A DNA stretch of 64,000 bases, taken from Anthoceros angustus (lineage: Eukaryota > Plantae > Anthocerotophyta). The translations under genes and the position numbers were made by a program. Under the pieces are notes generated by a model that ran no database searches, had not been told where the DNA came from, and was given only the letters and a program-made list of their open reading frames with translations. The stretch is taken from contig VJWM01000011.1 in assembly GCA_010909165.1 (NCBI GenBank), positions 1,550,001 through 1,614,000 on the forward strand. The letters are read 5' to 3'. Below, in pieces: positions 51,361 to 64,000 of this stretch. Position 1 is the first letter of the stretch, and each line of letters begins with the position of its first letter.

Positions 51361-52231
51361 GGCAGAATAAACGGACATTGTGCTCCGACACATCGCATAT
51401 AATGGAATGATACAGAGAAGATTAGCATGGCCCCTATGCAAGGATGACACGCACAAATCGAGATACAGACGAGCATCATCACACCAAGAAGCACAGACAG
51501 GCAATGCCATCATCACTTGCAGACGTCACAGACGGGCATCATGACGCGACGGCGGCATAGATGGGCAATGCCATCATGACACCAAGGCGTACACGAAAGC
51601 CGAAATAAGGAATGACTGCTACATCATGGGGCCTTGTGCAAATCCACCCTTCTGGACACTCTGGCTGGGATGACCAGGACCCCGCTGATCCTCAAGATTC
51701 GGATGCCTTGAAGCTATGTCCACCGCATTACGAGGGGAACTGCTAGTGAGCAAGTACAAGTCATCCATTTCTTGCTCAAAATGCTGCAGATACTGCTCGA
51801 AGGTAACATGTCCAGACACGTAGGTTACTACTGGCTACGTCTTGCAATGTACCTTGCGTGCTTTGTGCCTGGCCATGTGAACCATATTCTACAGCGTCGG
51901 CAATAGCTATGATGCCATACAGGTAGGTGAATGACCATTTCAACTCAGGCCCCCATAGATATCTCCATTCTCTGCAGCCTGGTCATTAGTCTTGGTTACA
52001 CATTGTACACTCCCTGGGTTACACAAAGGGGTGCTCTCCAGCCTGAGCAAGAAGGGCCTTCACCGTTTGAGTATTGAGACTAATACCTGCCATGCACACA
52101 CTCACAGTTTCAGATGTATCCTGCTTGGGGCATGGCACCGTCTGTGTTGGGAAAGTAATTCGAAACCCCCAAGTTTCACATAGTATCCACAGCAAGGCCG
52201 TGTGCAGTCTTGTCATAGCTCGGTTGGCAGA

Positions 52232-54924
52232 CTAATAGTCCAGGACAGCCTCGATCCTTATGGGGACACCGCTATTGGGGCATGGCAGACCCGAAACGTC
52301 GAGGCCAGTGTCTGGCTTATCTACTGTCCACCTGTTTCGACACCAGGTCGGCACCCGTCGGTTAGCCAAGAAGCATATTTGGGGATGGGGATTGTAGATG
52401 ACCTGTGAGCTATTGCAGAAGAATGGAGACGCACCTGAATTTGAGCATCATGTGATGCAACATCACTTTCATGTCCATAAGTGCCAGCTCCTTCCCAAGG
52501 CACAATCTGGTTCCACCTCCAAATGCCAGCAGGGTGTAAGGTTTCGGTGGCACCTGTTGGTAGACAAGGAACGCAGAGTGTCACAAGGTTACTCCCAAAA
52601 TGTTGTTGGATGTCTATTAGTCGGAGATGACTGTATGATTTCTAATGCCGAATTCAAGCATCAGGCTGCTTACATCGAAGCGAGAGGGATCGAACGTCTC
52701 CGGGTCTTGGAAGACTTCTGGACTATGGTGCAAGTCGTGAGTGTCATGCACAAGGCTCCAGCCTTTAGGAATGTGGTATCCTGCAGGTGGCACATGTGTC
52801 AGGCACGGAGAAAGCTTCGGGTAAATCATTGCGGCAATCAAGCACTAGTCTGTGACCCATGTTAGGACTCCCTGCTTGGAGTAGGGAAGAAATCTGAACG
52901 GTTGGCGATGCCAGGTGCAGCATACATGCCGTTGAATGTGAAGTCCTCCTTGACCTGTCGATTCCACCAGAAAGCGAGAGAAGAAACTCGGAGTGCCTCG
53001 TTGATCACCTGGAGGCACACGTACATGAGACAAAGACAGATGGATCTTAATTAGGAGGCCAGATTCCAGTGAGTAGCTGTGCGGCACTAGGGTGGAGAAT
53101 GTTGAGGTATCTGAGTCTCACTTTCACTGTGTAGGCCATCGGTTGGCCGAGATCCGCCCATGTCAGTGCCTCTCCAGCTTGTTTGTTTCTTCTCACTGCC
53201 AAATGCTCCGCCTACAGTTCAAGCAGGAAAACAAAACCTCAAGGTGAAGTTGGCTTCGATCCAAATTGTTCCAAACGAATGTCGTTTCCTATGGACGACG
53301 TCTGTGACAGCCAGGGGCCACGCTCACCAGCAGCTTCTCCTTGACGCTGGGATTCTCATGCAGCAGCTTGAGCTTGAAGCCAGTGTGTTGGTGGTGGTCT
53401 CAAACCCAGCAACGATCAGGGTGACCACATTGTCCCTCAGCTGCTCGTCGTCCAGGGCAGGCTTGTCGCTGGAAGAATCGGGGTCGACTGCCTTCATCAT
53501 TTCACTCAGCAGGTCATTGCAAACGATTTTCCCGCTCCTTCTCAGCGCGATTTCGGTGTCGAACATTTCGCCCAGTTCCTTTCTTGCCTGCAAGCCCAGT
53601 CCACTTGCGTTGTTAGATTTATTGCGGCCCCAGGGCAAGGAGAAATTGGACACTGTGCGCCAAATTGGGCCTCGAACGAATTGGCACCTGCATCGCTTTG
53701 TGAAAGGCCAATCCAGGAAGATTGATGGGCACCGCGAGCAAGTTGTTTCTCACCGTTTCGGTGAGCCGCTCACCAGCAGCTTCTCCTTGACGCTAGGATT
53801 CTCATGCAGCAGCTTGACAAGCCAGGTGAGTGTGTTGGTGGTGGTCTCAAACCCAGCAACGATCAGGGTGACCACATTGTCCCTCAGCTGCTCGTCGTCC
53901 AGGGCAGGCTTGTCGCTGGAAGAATCGGGGTCGACTGCCTTCATCATTTCACTCAGCAGGTCATTGCAAACAATTTTCCCGCTCCTTCTCAGCGCGATTT
54001 CGGTGTCGAACATTTCGCCCAGTTCCTTTCTTGCCTGCAAGCCCAGTCCACTTGCGTTGTTAGATTTATTGCGGCCCCAGTGCAAGGAGAAATTGGACAC
54101 TGTGCTCCAAATTGGGCCTCGAATGAATTGGCACCTGCATCGCTTTGTGAAAGACCAATCCAGGAAGATTGATGGGCACCGCGAGCAAGTTGTTTCTCAC
54201 CGTTTCGGTGAGCTCACGGCCCCTGTCACGCACCGGACCAGGACCCCAGCTCAGCACCAGTCCCACGATCACATGATAAGAGAACTGCGCACCGTCAGCA
54301 ACTACCCATTACAATCCCAAGCTCACTAACATTGCAATTTGCGCACAAACGGCAAGAGTGGCCCAATTCTGGTGCGCTCACCTTGGCCATGTCGTGCCTG
54401 ACGACGGGGACGTCGCCCAGCTTCCAGGAACCGAGCGTCTCGAGAGTCGCTTGCTCCACCACGGGCAGATACTTCCTAATCCTCTCGCCCATGAAGGCCT
54501 CGTTGAGCATTTTGCGATAGAGCTTGTGCCTGGGGCCGTGCACATTGAGCATGGACTCCTCGCCGACCAGCTTCCTCCCGGGGAGGATCTGGTGCGCATG
54601 CACCAGCTTGTCCTCGCTGGCGACCAAGAGTTTGGCCGCCTCGGCGCCCCTGAAAAACACATACGGACTGCCCAGCAGGTGCGACTTGAACACATCGCCA
54701 TACTTGCGAAAGCGCTTTGTCATGAATGTCTCCAGATCCCCGCTCTTGAAGTAGCCCATGAGCTCCATCGTCTCTCCCAGCAGCGGGAAGCCCATGGTCC
54801 CCGGCAGCTGCTTGGAGCCCTTGGGCGCCCATATCCCCCTCCGCTCCCAGTACCTCCACACTGGCCAGCCCACAGCAAGCACCGCAAGAGCCACCCCTAT
54901 CTCCACAGCCAACGTCACGTCCAT
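52232..54924 (-). CDS. Cytochrome P450, CYP85 clan (copy A); 8 exons at 54924-54382, 54284-54135, 54034-53774, 53211-53122, 53008-52930, 52780-52674, 52553-52435, 52331-52232; about 482 aa
   Basis: LPGTMGFPLLGET, I-helix AGFETT, K-helix EALR, FDPSRF and heme motif FGGGTRLCLG. Exon sizes of 150/90/79/107 nt are typical of CYP85-clan genes. The summed CDS of 1449 nt stays in frame. Intron 5 has a GC donor. Confidence 0.88.
53324..54190. repeat. Internal tandem duplication of about 430 bp covering part of exon 2, intron 2 and exon 3 of P450 copy A
   Basis: 53324-53760 repeats 53770-54190; the extra copy is frameshifted in the I-helix region. Confidence 0.85.
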
Positions 54925-55370
54925 GGCTGCCCTGCGATTCTTAGAAGAACGGAATGCAATTTCAAGAATGCCATGCCGCAGCAATCCCTCCTGCTTTCGC
55001 ACATTGCTGACTTCCGGGTGAAGTGTGGACTTGTCAAGTCGCAAGCAGATGCTGCAGCTTTTTTCTCAAAGAATCTCCAACTTTTCTGAATACAGTGCCG
55101 TCGAAACATGCGACAGCAATGGGACTGCCAGAGGGACGCAGACGTCGGGCTGCCCTGCGATTCTTAGAAGAACGGAATGCAATTTCAAGAATGCCATGCC
55201 GCAGCAATCCCTCCTGCTTTCGCACATTGCTGACTTCCGGGTGAAGTGTGGACTTGTCAAGTCGCAAGCAGATGCTGCAGCTTTTTTCTCAAAGAATCTC
55301 CAACTTTTCTGAATACAGTGCCGTCGAAACATGCGACAGCAATGGGACTGCCAGAGGGACGCAGACGTCG
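54925..55370. repeat. Apparently exact 223-bp tandem duplication immediately upstream of the P450 A start codon
   Basis: 54925-55147 matches 55148-55370. Confidence 0.9.
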
Positions 55371-55618
55371 TACAACAACACCTTTTGCTAAAACTGGAAT
55401 GAACTGCCAGACGGACCCAGACGTCCCAGACGTCATAGCTCTCCTTTTGCCGCAACCCACTGGATAAAATATTGACGCACTACGGTTGGACCCCTAGCTG
55501 AGCCCATATCCTTCGAGTGCAGGATCACTTTATCCCAAGGTTTACGGCAAGCCCATATGTATTACATTAGCGGCGGCTTTAACACACAGGGTTTAATATG
55601 TTGGAGCACATCGTGCGG

Positions 55619-57802
55619 CTATGGGAGTGAGCGCTCCTGCTGCCTACTGTCCTCCGGGATTGTGGCTGTTTGGAAGGAGCCACAGGACTCCATGTGCAAT
55701 CTTATCATAGCTCGGTTGGCAGATTGATAGTCCTGAACAGCCTCGATCCTTATGGGGACACCGCTATTGGGACATGGCAGACCCGAAATGTCGAGGCCAG
55801 TGTCTGGCTCATATACTGTCCACCTGTTTCAACACCAACTCAGCACCCGTCGGTTAGCCAAGAAGCATGTAGGATAATATTGCGAATGACTTGTGAACTA
55901 TTTATTGCAGAAGAATGGGGACGCACCTGAATTTGAGCATCATGTGATGCAACATCACTTTCATGTTCATAAGTGCCAGCTCCTTCCCAAGGCACAATCT
56001 GCTTCCACCTCCCCACGCCAGCAGGGTGAAGGCTTCGGTGGCACCTGTTGGTAGCATCGGAATGAGGGGTGTCACAAGATAACTCCCAAGATGTTGTTCG
56101 TTGTCTATGATTCGGAGACGTCTGTAATGATTCTAGTGTTGAATTCAAGCATCAGGCTCTTACATCGAAGCGACAGGGATTGAAGATCTCTGGGTCTTGG
56201 AAGATTTCTGAACTATGGTGCAAGTTGAGTGTCAAACACAACGTTCCAGCCTTTAGGAATGTGGTATCCTGCAGGTGGCACATGTGTGTGTCAGATAGTG
56301 AGAAAGCTTGGGAATATCATAACGGAAATGAAGCACAGTGATCACCATGTTAGGACTCCCGCTTGGAGTAGGGAAGGAATATTTACGGTTGCCAATGCCA
56401 GGTGCAGCATACATACCGTTGAATGTAAAGTCCTCCTTGACCTGTCGATGCAACCAGAAAATGAGAAGACACTCAGTGCCTCGTTGATCACCTGCATGCA
56501 CACATGAGACAAGACAGATGGATCTTAGCTTACGCCAGATTCCAGTGAGTAGTGGGCCACAACTAGGTTGGAGAATGTTGAGGATCCGAGTCTCACTTTC
56601 AAGGTGTAGGCCATCGGTTGGCCGAGATCCGCCCATGTCAGTGCCTCTCCAGCTTGTTTGTTTCTTCTCAGAGCCAAATGCTCAGCCTACAGTCACAAAC
56701 GCAAAAACCAAACGCCAAGGTTGGGCTCGCCTGGATCCAAGCTGTTCCAAACCAATTTCGTTTCCTATGGACGACGTAGCTGTGTTATATCCCCAGGGCC
56801 AGGCTCACCAGTAGCTCCTCCTTGACGCTGGGATTCTCATGCAGCAGCTTGACAAGCCAGGTGAGTGTGTTGGTGGTGGTCACAAAGCCAGCAACGATCA
56901 TGGTGAGCACATTGTCCCTCAGCTGCTCGTCGTCCAGGGCAGGCTTGTCGCTGGAAGAATCGGGGTCCACTGCCTTCATCATTTCGTTCAGCAGGTCGCT
57001 GCGAACAAATTTTCCGCTCCTTCTCAGCGCAAATTCGGTGTCGAACATTTTGCCCAGCTCCTTTCTTGCCTGCACGCCCAATCCACTTGCGTTGTTCGGT
57101 TTATTGCGGCCCATTGCAAGCCTTGGGAGAAATTGGACACCTGTCCTCCAAATTGGGCCTGGAATCAATTCGCACCTGCATGGCCTTGTGAAAGGCGAAT
57201 CCAGGAAGATTGATGGGCACCGTGACCAAGCTGGTACTCACTGTTTTGGTGAGCTCCAAGCTCCTGTCACGCACTGGACCAGGACCCCAGCTCAGCACCA
57301 GTCCCACGATCACATTATAAGCGAACTGTGCACCGTGAGCAGATACCAGTTAGCAAACATCACGAGCTCTGCAAAAACATTGCAATTAGATTGCAGACAA
57401 ACGGTAAGAGTGGCCCAATTCTGGTGTCCTCACTTTGGTCATGTCGTGCCTGATGACGGGGACGTCGCCCAGTTTCCAGGAACTGAGGGTCTCGAGAGCC
57501 GATTGCTCCGACACCGGCAGATACTTCCTCATGCTGTCGCCCATGAAGGTTTCGTTGAGAATTTTGCGATAGAGCTTGTGCCTGGCGCCGTGCACATTGA
57601 GGAGCGACTCCTCGCCCACCAGCTGCCTCGCGGGGGGGAACTGGTGCGCCTGTACCAGCTTGTGCTCGACTGTGACTAAGAGCTTGGCCGCCTCGGCGCC
57701 CTGAAAACACATACGGACTGCCCAACAGGTGCGACTTGAACACATCGCCATACTTGCGAAAGCGCTTTGTCGTGAATGTCTCCAGATCCCCGATCTTGAA
57801 GT
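55619..57802 (-). pseudogene. CYP85-clan P450 copy B, exon 1 interrupted by a Copia insertion; the 5-prime end resumes near 62190-62290
   Basis: Colinear with copy A across all exons. Homology stops at 57802 (TTGAAGT|TGTTAG) and resumes after the 3-prime LTR (AAGCCCATGGTCCC.GCAG.TGCTTGGAG). Several small deletions; the copy A stop codon is read through. Confidence 0.85.
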
Positions 57803-60800
57803 TGTTAGAAATCTATAGGATTGGTGCAACACATCACATATTAGAGTTATGAGTATAAGTCCTAGAAGTATAGGATTATCCCCAGAGCGAGATAGGGTTT
57901 CATACTATCGAGAGTATGACAAGGCCAAAGGCTATATATGTATGCATAGCACACCATTTCTAATGTAATCGAACTGAATACTGCTTTCTAACATGGTATC
58001 GAGCATGGTTCAGAGATGCGTAAAGTACTGCACCACCGCAGTGGGACTCTTGCCACTTGTCTTCTATTGCATTGTTTGTAGTTATGCACTAAGTGTCCGT
58101 GGAAAGCTCGCTTGCAATTTGTGAAGCTTGGTAGTAGTTTTGGTGCGAGGAACTTTTGTCTTGTCTTTGCATAGCTTTCGAGGTGTGCATATGGAGACTA
58201 CGCCAAGTGGAGAAGTTTGATGGCGTGAACTTCACATTATGGAAGTTGAAGCTAAAATCTCTTCTCATTGAGGATTGTGGAAGTTTGTGGAAAATGGACT
58301 TCCGATGGCGCTCGAAAAGGATATAGACAAGGATGCGAAAGCCTTGGCTAATATTATCTGAATGTGATGACATTCTCTCACAATTGAGCGAGTGTGTCTC
58401 TTCGCAGGATGCATGGAAAATTCTTTGCACAACGTGAGAAGAAGAGCATTGTGAGCGAAATGCCGGAAAGTCAATTCTCCAACTTCAAGATGAGGAGGCG
58501 ACACGTTCAACAACATGTCAACAAGTTGAAAAGCTTGGTTGATCAAATGAGGGAGGCAGATCAAACCTTGGAGGGTAAGGTGATCACTGTCCCGAGTAGT
58601 TTGCCACCATCATGTAGGCAATTTTTATTGTCTTATAGGGCATCCGTGCGTCCAAGTGACAATCAACCAACCTTTGATGAGGTGGTTAGATTACTCCTAC
58701 AAGAGGAGCTTGATGGTTCTTTCCAAGGCAACGAAGGCTTGGCACTCTTCTCAAGAAGAGCACATCACGGTGGAAGACGCAAGCCAAGTCTCTAGAAGGG
58801 ACAAAGGATAAGATGCAAAGAGAAAGGTGAAAGGCTTTTGTTATTATTGCGGAAGCCCAATCACCACGCAAAGGATCAGAAATAAGATTGGCGACTTGAA
58901 GGGGAAATCATCCCAAGCTAATCAAGTCGAGAAGGACCAAGAACACATCTTCGCTTCAAAAAGAGATCAAGCGACTTCATCAAAGAAGGATGAGAGTTTG
59001 TACCTTGACTGCATCCCAAAGATTCGCTTATAACCTTCCTTGGTTCTCAAGCTACGAGGTATTGCGAGGGCATAGGGCGCTTGGTGACAATAGGTCACAT
59101 GACATCAAGGGAAGAGGAGTGTTACGAGTCCATCTTCCGGAGGACTACAGTATTAAAGACGTGCATCATGTGCCTCATCTTGCGAGGAATCTTCTTCTGC
59201 CGCAAAAATTGCCGATGGTCATGAGGTTGTGTTCAATTCCAAAGGATTTGGATCCAATGAAAGCTGAGTTATCGAATGCTAAAGTGATTGCTAGGGCGTC
59301 CAATAGGAAATTTGTTGTGTGCTTCGTGGGAAGGCAAGCTTGCACCTTTATGGATCAAAAATAGCATTGGATCTATTGATTTATGGCATCAACGCAGGGC
59401 ATTGGTGTGGACAATATCAGTTGATGAAGAACCAACATATGGTTCTGGCTTGGATTTGAAAGAAGTGGGTGAGCCGCAATGCCAAGGGTGCATAATGGAA
59501 AGCTACACCGAACTAAGTTCCCAAAGATTGCGTGACGAGCAAAGATAGAGTTGGTACACACGGATGTGTGGTCCAATGAAAATCCACTCATGGCGGAGCC
59601 CGCTACATTCGGTGTTTGTGGATGATTTCACTAGGAAGACTGGACATATCTTATGAAGGAGAAATCGGTATTTACACTCTTCAAGGAATGGAAAGCCATG
59701 GTGGAGAACGAAGTGGACAACGTCAAGACTTTGCGTGAGTGACAACGGAGGTGAATACATCTCCACCGACTTCCAACGCTAAGGAGCATGGAATTGGAAG
59801 GCAACTAACCATCCCTCACACCGGAGCAAAATGGAGTGGCGGAGCGAAGTCTGGTGGAGGCTAAATGCATGTTACATCATAGTGGCGAAGTACGTTTTGG
59901 GGTGAGGTCATGTTACTGAACCTATGTTTTGAATCGAGTTCCAACCAAAGCTATTGTTGGAATGACCGAGGAAGCGTGGTCTCAAGCCCGACATAAGCCA
60001 TTTGAGGATCTTTGGTTCGGTTTATGCTCACGTTCAAGCAAACCCGAACAAAATGGGATCCAAAAGGCGTGAAGTGCCTTATGCTTGGATACTCACGAGA
60101 TTAAGGGCTACGGTTGTATGATCTTTCAAGGAAGAAGATCATTTTTAGCGTGGACGGTTGTATTTAATGAGGTTGTGGAACCCATCAAAGGAGTGGAGCT
60201 CCAACCCCGTTATCATGAAGGATCCGGCGGCGTATGTTGACGACGATGAGGATTCCGACTATGATGACACTCTTGAGCAACCCGCTCGAGCCCAACGAAC
60301 CTTCTCAACAATGCGACATAGAGGGGAGAAAGGGAAATTCGATGTCGCGATTGGAGAAGTAGATGAAGATCAAAGCATTGTCGAATTGAAAGAAGAGGAA
60401 GCTCAAGTATTCGAGAGAGACAACCAATCTTGAGAAGATCGAGACAATGGAAACCTTCAAGAAGATCTTGGAATCCATGAATGCATGTGTATGAGGAGGC
60501 ATGGTTGGCGAACCACAAAGCCTAAGGAAGCATTGGAAGGACCAAAGGCAAAGGAGTGGAAAGAAGCCGTGGAGTGAGTATAACTCTTCTCAAGAACAAA
60601 ACTTGGGCAATCACTCCTCTACCTCACGGAAGGAAGAGCATAGGATCAAAGTGGACATTCAAGATTAAGCGCAATGATGGAAGCATAGAGCTAAGGCAAG
60701 GCTGGTGGGGAAAGGATATACACAAGTCCTGTGTGTGGATTATCCGATACCTTCTCCCCGCGCTAAGATAGCATCTATCCGAGCTCTCCTAGCTATCGCA

Positions 60801-62155
60801 GCCGACATGGAGATACATCATATGGATGTTACGCGTTCTGAATGGAGATCCGGATGAAGAGATCTACATGGACCAGCGAGGGATCGAAATACCGTGACGC
60901 GAGGGAGAGGTATGTAGGCTGCTAAAGGCTCAGTATGGTCTTAAGCAACCGCCTTGCTTGGTATCGTAAGGTTGATGTGTTTTTCCTCTAGAGGTTTCAA
61001 GAAAACCAATGCCGATTGGAATATCTATGTGAAGAGAGTGGGAGAATCCATAATTATCATTGTTTATGTGACGATTTGATTATTGCTAGCAATGACATGG
61101 AACTCTTAGACTCGAAAGCAAAGCCTTAATGCAAGCTTTGACATGAGAGATTTGGGTGAGCTCCACTATTCCTAGGAATAAAGGTGGAAAGGAATAGGGC
61201 TAACAAATGATCTCTTTGAGCCAACAAACATATGTGGAGACCATATTGAGCTGCAAGATTGCAAACCCATGAAGACGCCAATGATCTTCAATGAGAAGCT
61301 ATCGCAGGAGATGAGCCCTACAAAGGAGAAAGAGAAGATAGATAAGACTCTCTATCAACGTCGTTGGCTGTCTTACATATTTGGCAAAGGACAAGGCCCG
61401 ACATTGCAGAGGCGTGGGAGTTGTGAGTCGATTCTTGGCCAACCTCGGACAAAGATTATCAAGCAATCAGAGGATATTGATACTTGCACAAAACATTGGA
61501 AGTTGAAATACCAAAAGGATCGACATGAAGACGCCTGTGGTTGGATTTTGTGATTACAATGGAGATGTCGATGGCAGCAAGTCTACCATGAGGATATGTG
61601 TTTATGCTATTTGGGGAGCCATTTCATGGAGTAGTAGGCGCCACCATCGTGGCTTTGTCCTCTGATGGAGTACATGGCAATATCTCACGCAACAATGGAA
61701 GCAATATGGCTACGACGATTCAAGAAATGGGATTTAAGCGGGTGCAACAACCATCTTCAACGACAATCAAGGTTGCATTTACTTAGCAAAGAATGCTACT
61801 TTTCACGCGAGGACGAAACACATTGAAGTAAAGCATCACTTCAAGAGAGAAAGTTCAATCCAAGGAGATAGAGCTAGCGTATTGTCCCACTATGGACATG
61901 CCCAGATGTTTTGACCAAAAGGGTTGACTTTAGAGAAGCACGTTAAGTTTAGCAAGATGTTAGGCTTAAAAGAGTAACTGATGTGTTGAGTGGGAGTGTT
62001 AGAAATCTATAGGATTGGTGCAACACATCACATATTAGAGTTATGAGTATAAGTCCTAGAAGTATATAGGATTATCGGGGCGAGATAGGGTTTCATACTA
62101 TCGAGAGCAAAGAAATAAAGGCTATATATGTATGCATAGCACACCATTTCTAATG
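57803..62155 (+). mobile_element. Near full-length Ty1/Copia LTR retrotransposon
   Basis: 5-prime LTR 57803-57993 (TG...CA, 191 bp); Met-type PBS TGGTATC(A)GAGC at 57994; gag, integrase, RT and RNaseH remnants (KTWAITPLP, YARTKHIEVKHH-like); PPT TTGAGTGGGAG at 61986-61996; 3-prime LTR from 61997. ORFs are broken by many 1-2 bp deletions. Confidence 0.92.
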
Positions 62156-62399
62156 TCTTGAACACAGGAATATTTGTTTTCTAGTATTATCCCGGCTCCA
62201 TAGTCTCTCAAGTGAAGAAGCCCATGGTCCCAGCAGTTGCTTGGAGATTTGGCGCCACATCCCCTCAGCTCCAGTAAAGCCAAAGGGCCCCAAGCCACTT
62301 CGCCATATCAAGCGTCACTCAATCTCACACCATGTCGACTTCACGGGCGCCTCGCACGATTCTTTCAACAGCAGATTCCAAACTCAAGAATACAGGCAA

Positions 62400-63560
62400 C
62401 CCGCACTCCTCCCACTTCACACAATGCTCGATATAAGGGTAGGAGTCAAAGGGAATATGTGATGTCGATTCTTGGTCAACCTCGACAAGTAGTGAAGATC
62501 AAAGCATTGGCGTGCAAGAGATATTGCGATTAACTAAGCGCCCGCCATCCAAAGCTCATTGTCAAGTAGTTGCAATACCAAAAGGATCACATGAAGACCC
62601 TGTGTTTGAGAAGATTCAGACAATGAGGACGCTTCAGATCCTAATCCCTACAGGATAAGCAAAAGTTTGTATATGCTATTTGGGGAGCTATTTCATGGAG
62701 TAGGCCAAAATTTCATGTGTCCAAGTACTGGAAGGACCATGGAGTACAATGGCAATATCTCACGGGAGTGGTACAATATAGTCATTGCTCTCAAGATGGG
62801 ATTTGCGTAGTATCCAACTCATCTCTCAACGACAATCAAAAACTTGCTGGCATTTAGCCGGGTTGAGCCAATGAGATAAAAACACATTAAAGTAAGCAGT
62901 CACTCATAGAGAGAAAGTTCAATCCGAGATGAAAGGCATACCCGTCTCACTCAAGATTAAGCAGTATGTTTTGGATCAGTGGTTGACCTTTAGAGAAGCT
63001 AATGCTTAGTTTAGTGCATAAGGCATTAAAAGAGTAGCAATCGATGTTGAGTGGGAGTGTTAGAAATCTATAGGATTGGATACACACTGCTATAGTCCTG
63101 TGTGTGGATTAAGTCCTGTGGAAGTATATAGGATTATCCCTGTCGCTAAGATTCATCTACTACTCGAGTATGACAAGGCGCAGTTATAAGTACAGCGCAA
63201 AATGCCATTTCAATGTGCAACTCAACTAATGGTCAATGTATAGGCCCATCGATTAGTCTCCCAAGCAATGGAAGCCTGTCCCCACTGTAAGAGATCTGGG
63301 ATCGCAGGCATCAATCCCCTCCGCCTCCCGCTATGACTCCACACCGCCGCCACGGCCGGACAATGGGAAATACCGTGCAAGCGGCCATCTTAACTCTAGG
63401 TATGCCACACCCAATGTCACTCCAAAGGCTCAGATGGCATCCGATTCTTACAACGGAATTCAAACTCAAGAATGCAAAGGCAGCCGCACTCCTCCCACTT
63501 CACACAATGCTCGCTTCATGAGGTGTGGGATCACAAAATGCTCGGCGTCAAGAGTCATGA
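62400..63560. other. Very noisy extra copy of the Copia RNaseH/PPT/LTR end plus the P450 5-prime fragment
   Basis: A third GAGTGGGAG-TGTTAGAAATCTATAGG at about 63050-63075 is followed by scrambled P450-leader-like sequence; probably a low-quality consensus. Confidence 0.55.
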
Positions 63561-64000
63561 AGTGTGAAGGCAAGTTGAGGCGGCCGATTCATCATGCGTG
63601 GCCTTAGCCGCCACTCCAATCCCCACAACCATTGTCACGTCGGGTTGCCTGCGATACTTCAAACAAGCTGAATACATTTCAAGGCGTCTGCGAGGCAATT
63701 GCGATCCCTCCCGAGAGCAGATGCATGGAATTCTTCAAAACTAGATTATTTACCAGGCCGGCCTCGTCAGCACTCTCCATCCGCCACAGCGTGTCACGGT
63801 CAGTATCTGATCATTGCCTCCATATCCATGCATGCGACGACATGTGCGATGAATCAATCCATGTCTGCGAGTTTGAGCAGTTCTAAAACTTCGCCAGTTT
63901 TCATTTATTTAGCTTCAGTTCTTCATTTCCGGTAATCATATTTAAAGCGTTACTTTCCAAGCCCGTTCAGTTATAAGCATTGTAGCGCTTATTTTCGGTG

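Noticed and set aside
56822-57679. Plus-strand ORFs of 285 aa (here) and 389 aa (53160-54329)
   Set aside because: Antisense to the P450 exons and introns.

Overview
Eukaryotic DNA from a non-seed land plant, most likely a fern. Evidence: short GT-AG introns, a PLS-class PPR remnant, a plant-type ACR3, a CYP85-clan P450 and Copia LTR elements. The first 12 kb hold a co-oriented minus-strand arsenic cluster: a decayed ACR3 (9.5-11.0 kb), an intact intronless bacterial-type three-cysteine LMW-PTP-fold arsenate reductase (arsC, 8709-9197), and a three-exon ACR3 arsenite exporter with a Cys-rich N-terminal extension (3940-5471). This reductase-plus-exporter pairing is the most interesting signal in the window. 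12-49 kb is mostly transposon-derived: tandem arrays, degenerate multi-exon ORFs, and a Sola-like DDE transposase next to a CACTA-like terminus. 52-58 kb holds two tandem CYP85-clan P450 genes; one can be reconstructed as intact (8 exons, about 482 aa) and the other is split by a Copia insertion (57803-about 62155). Many near-identical local duplicates differ mainly by 1-2 bp deletions, which looks like unpolished long-read error, so individual frameshifts should be treated cautiously. All gene models were read by eye and no database searches were run.
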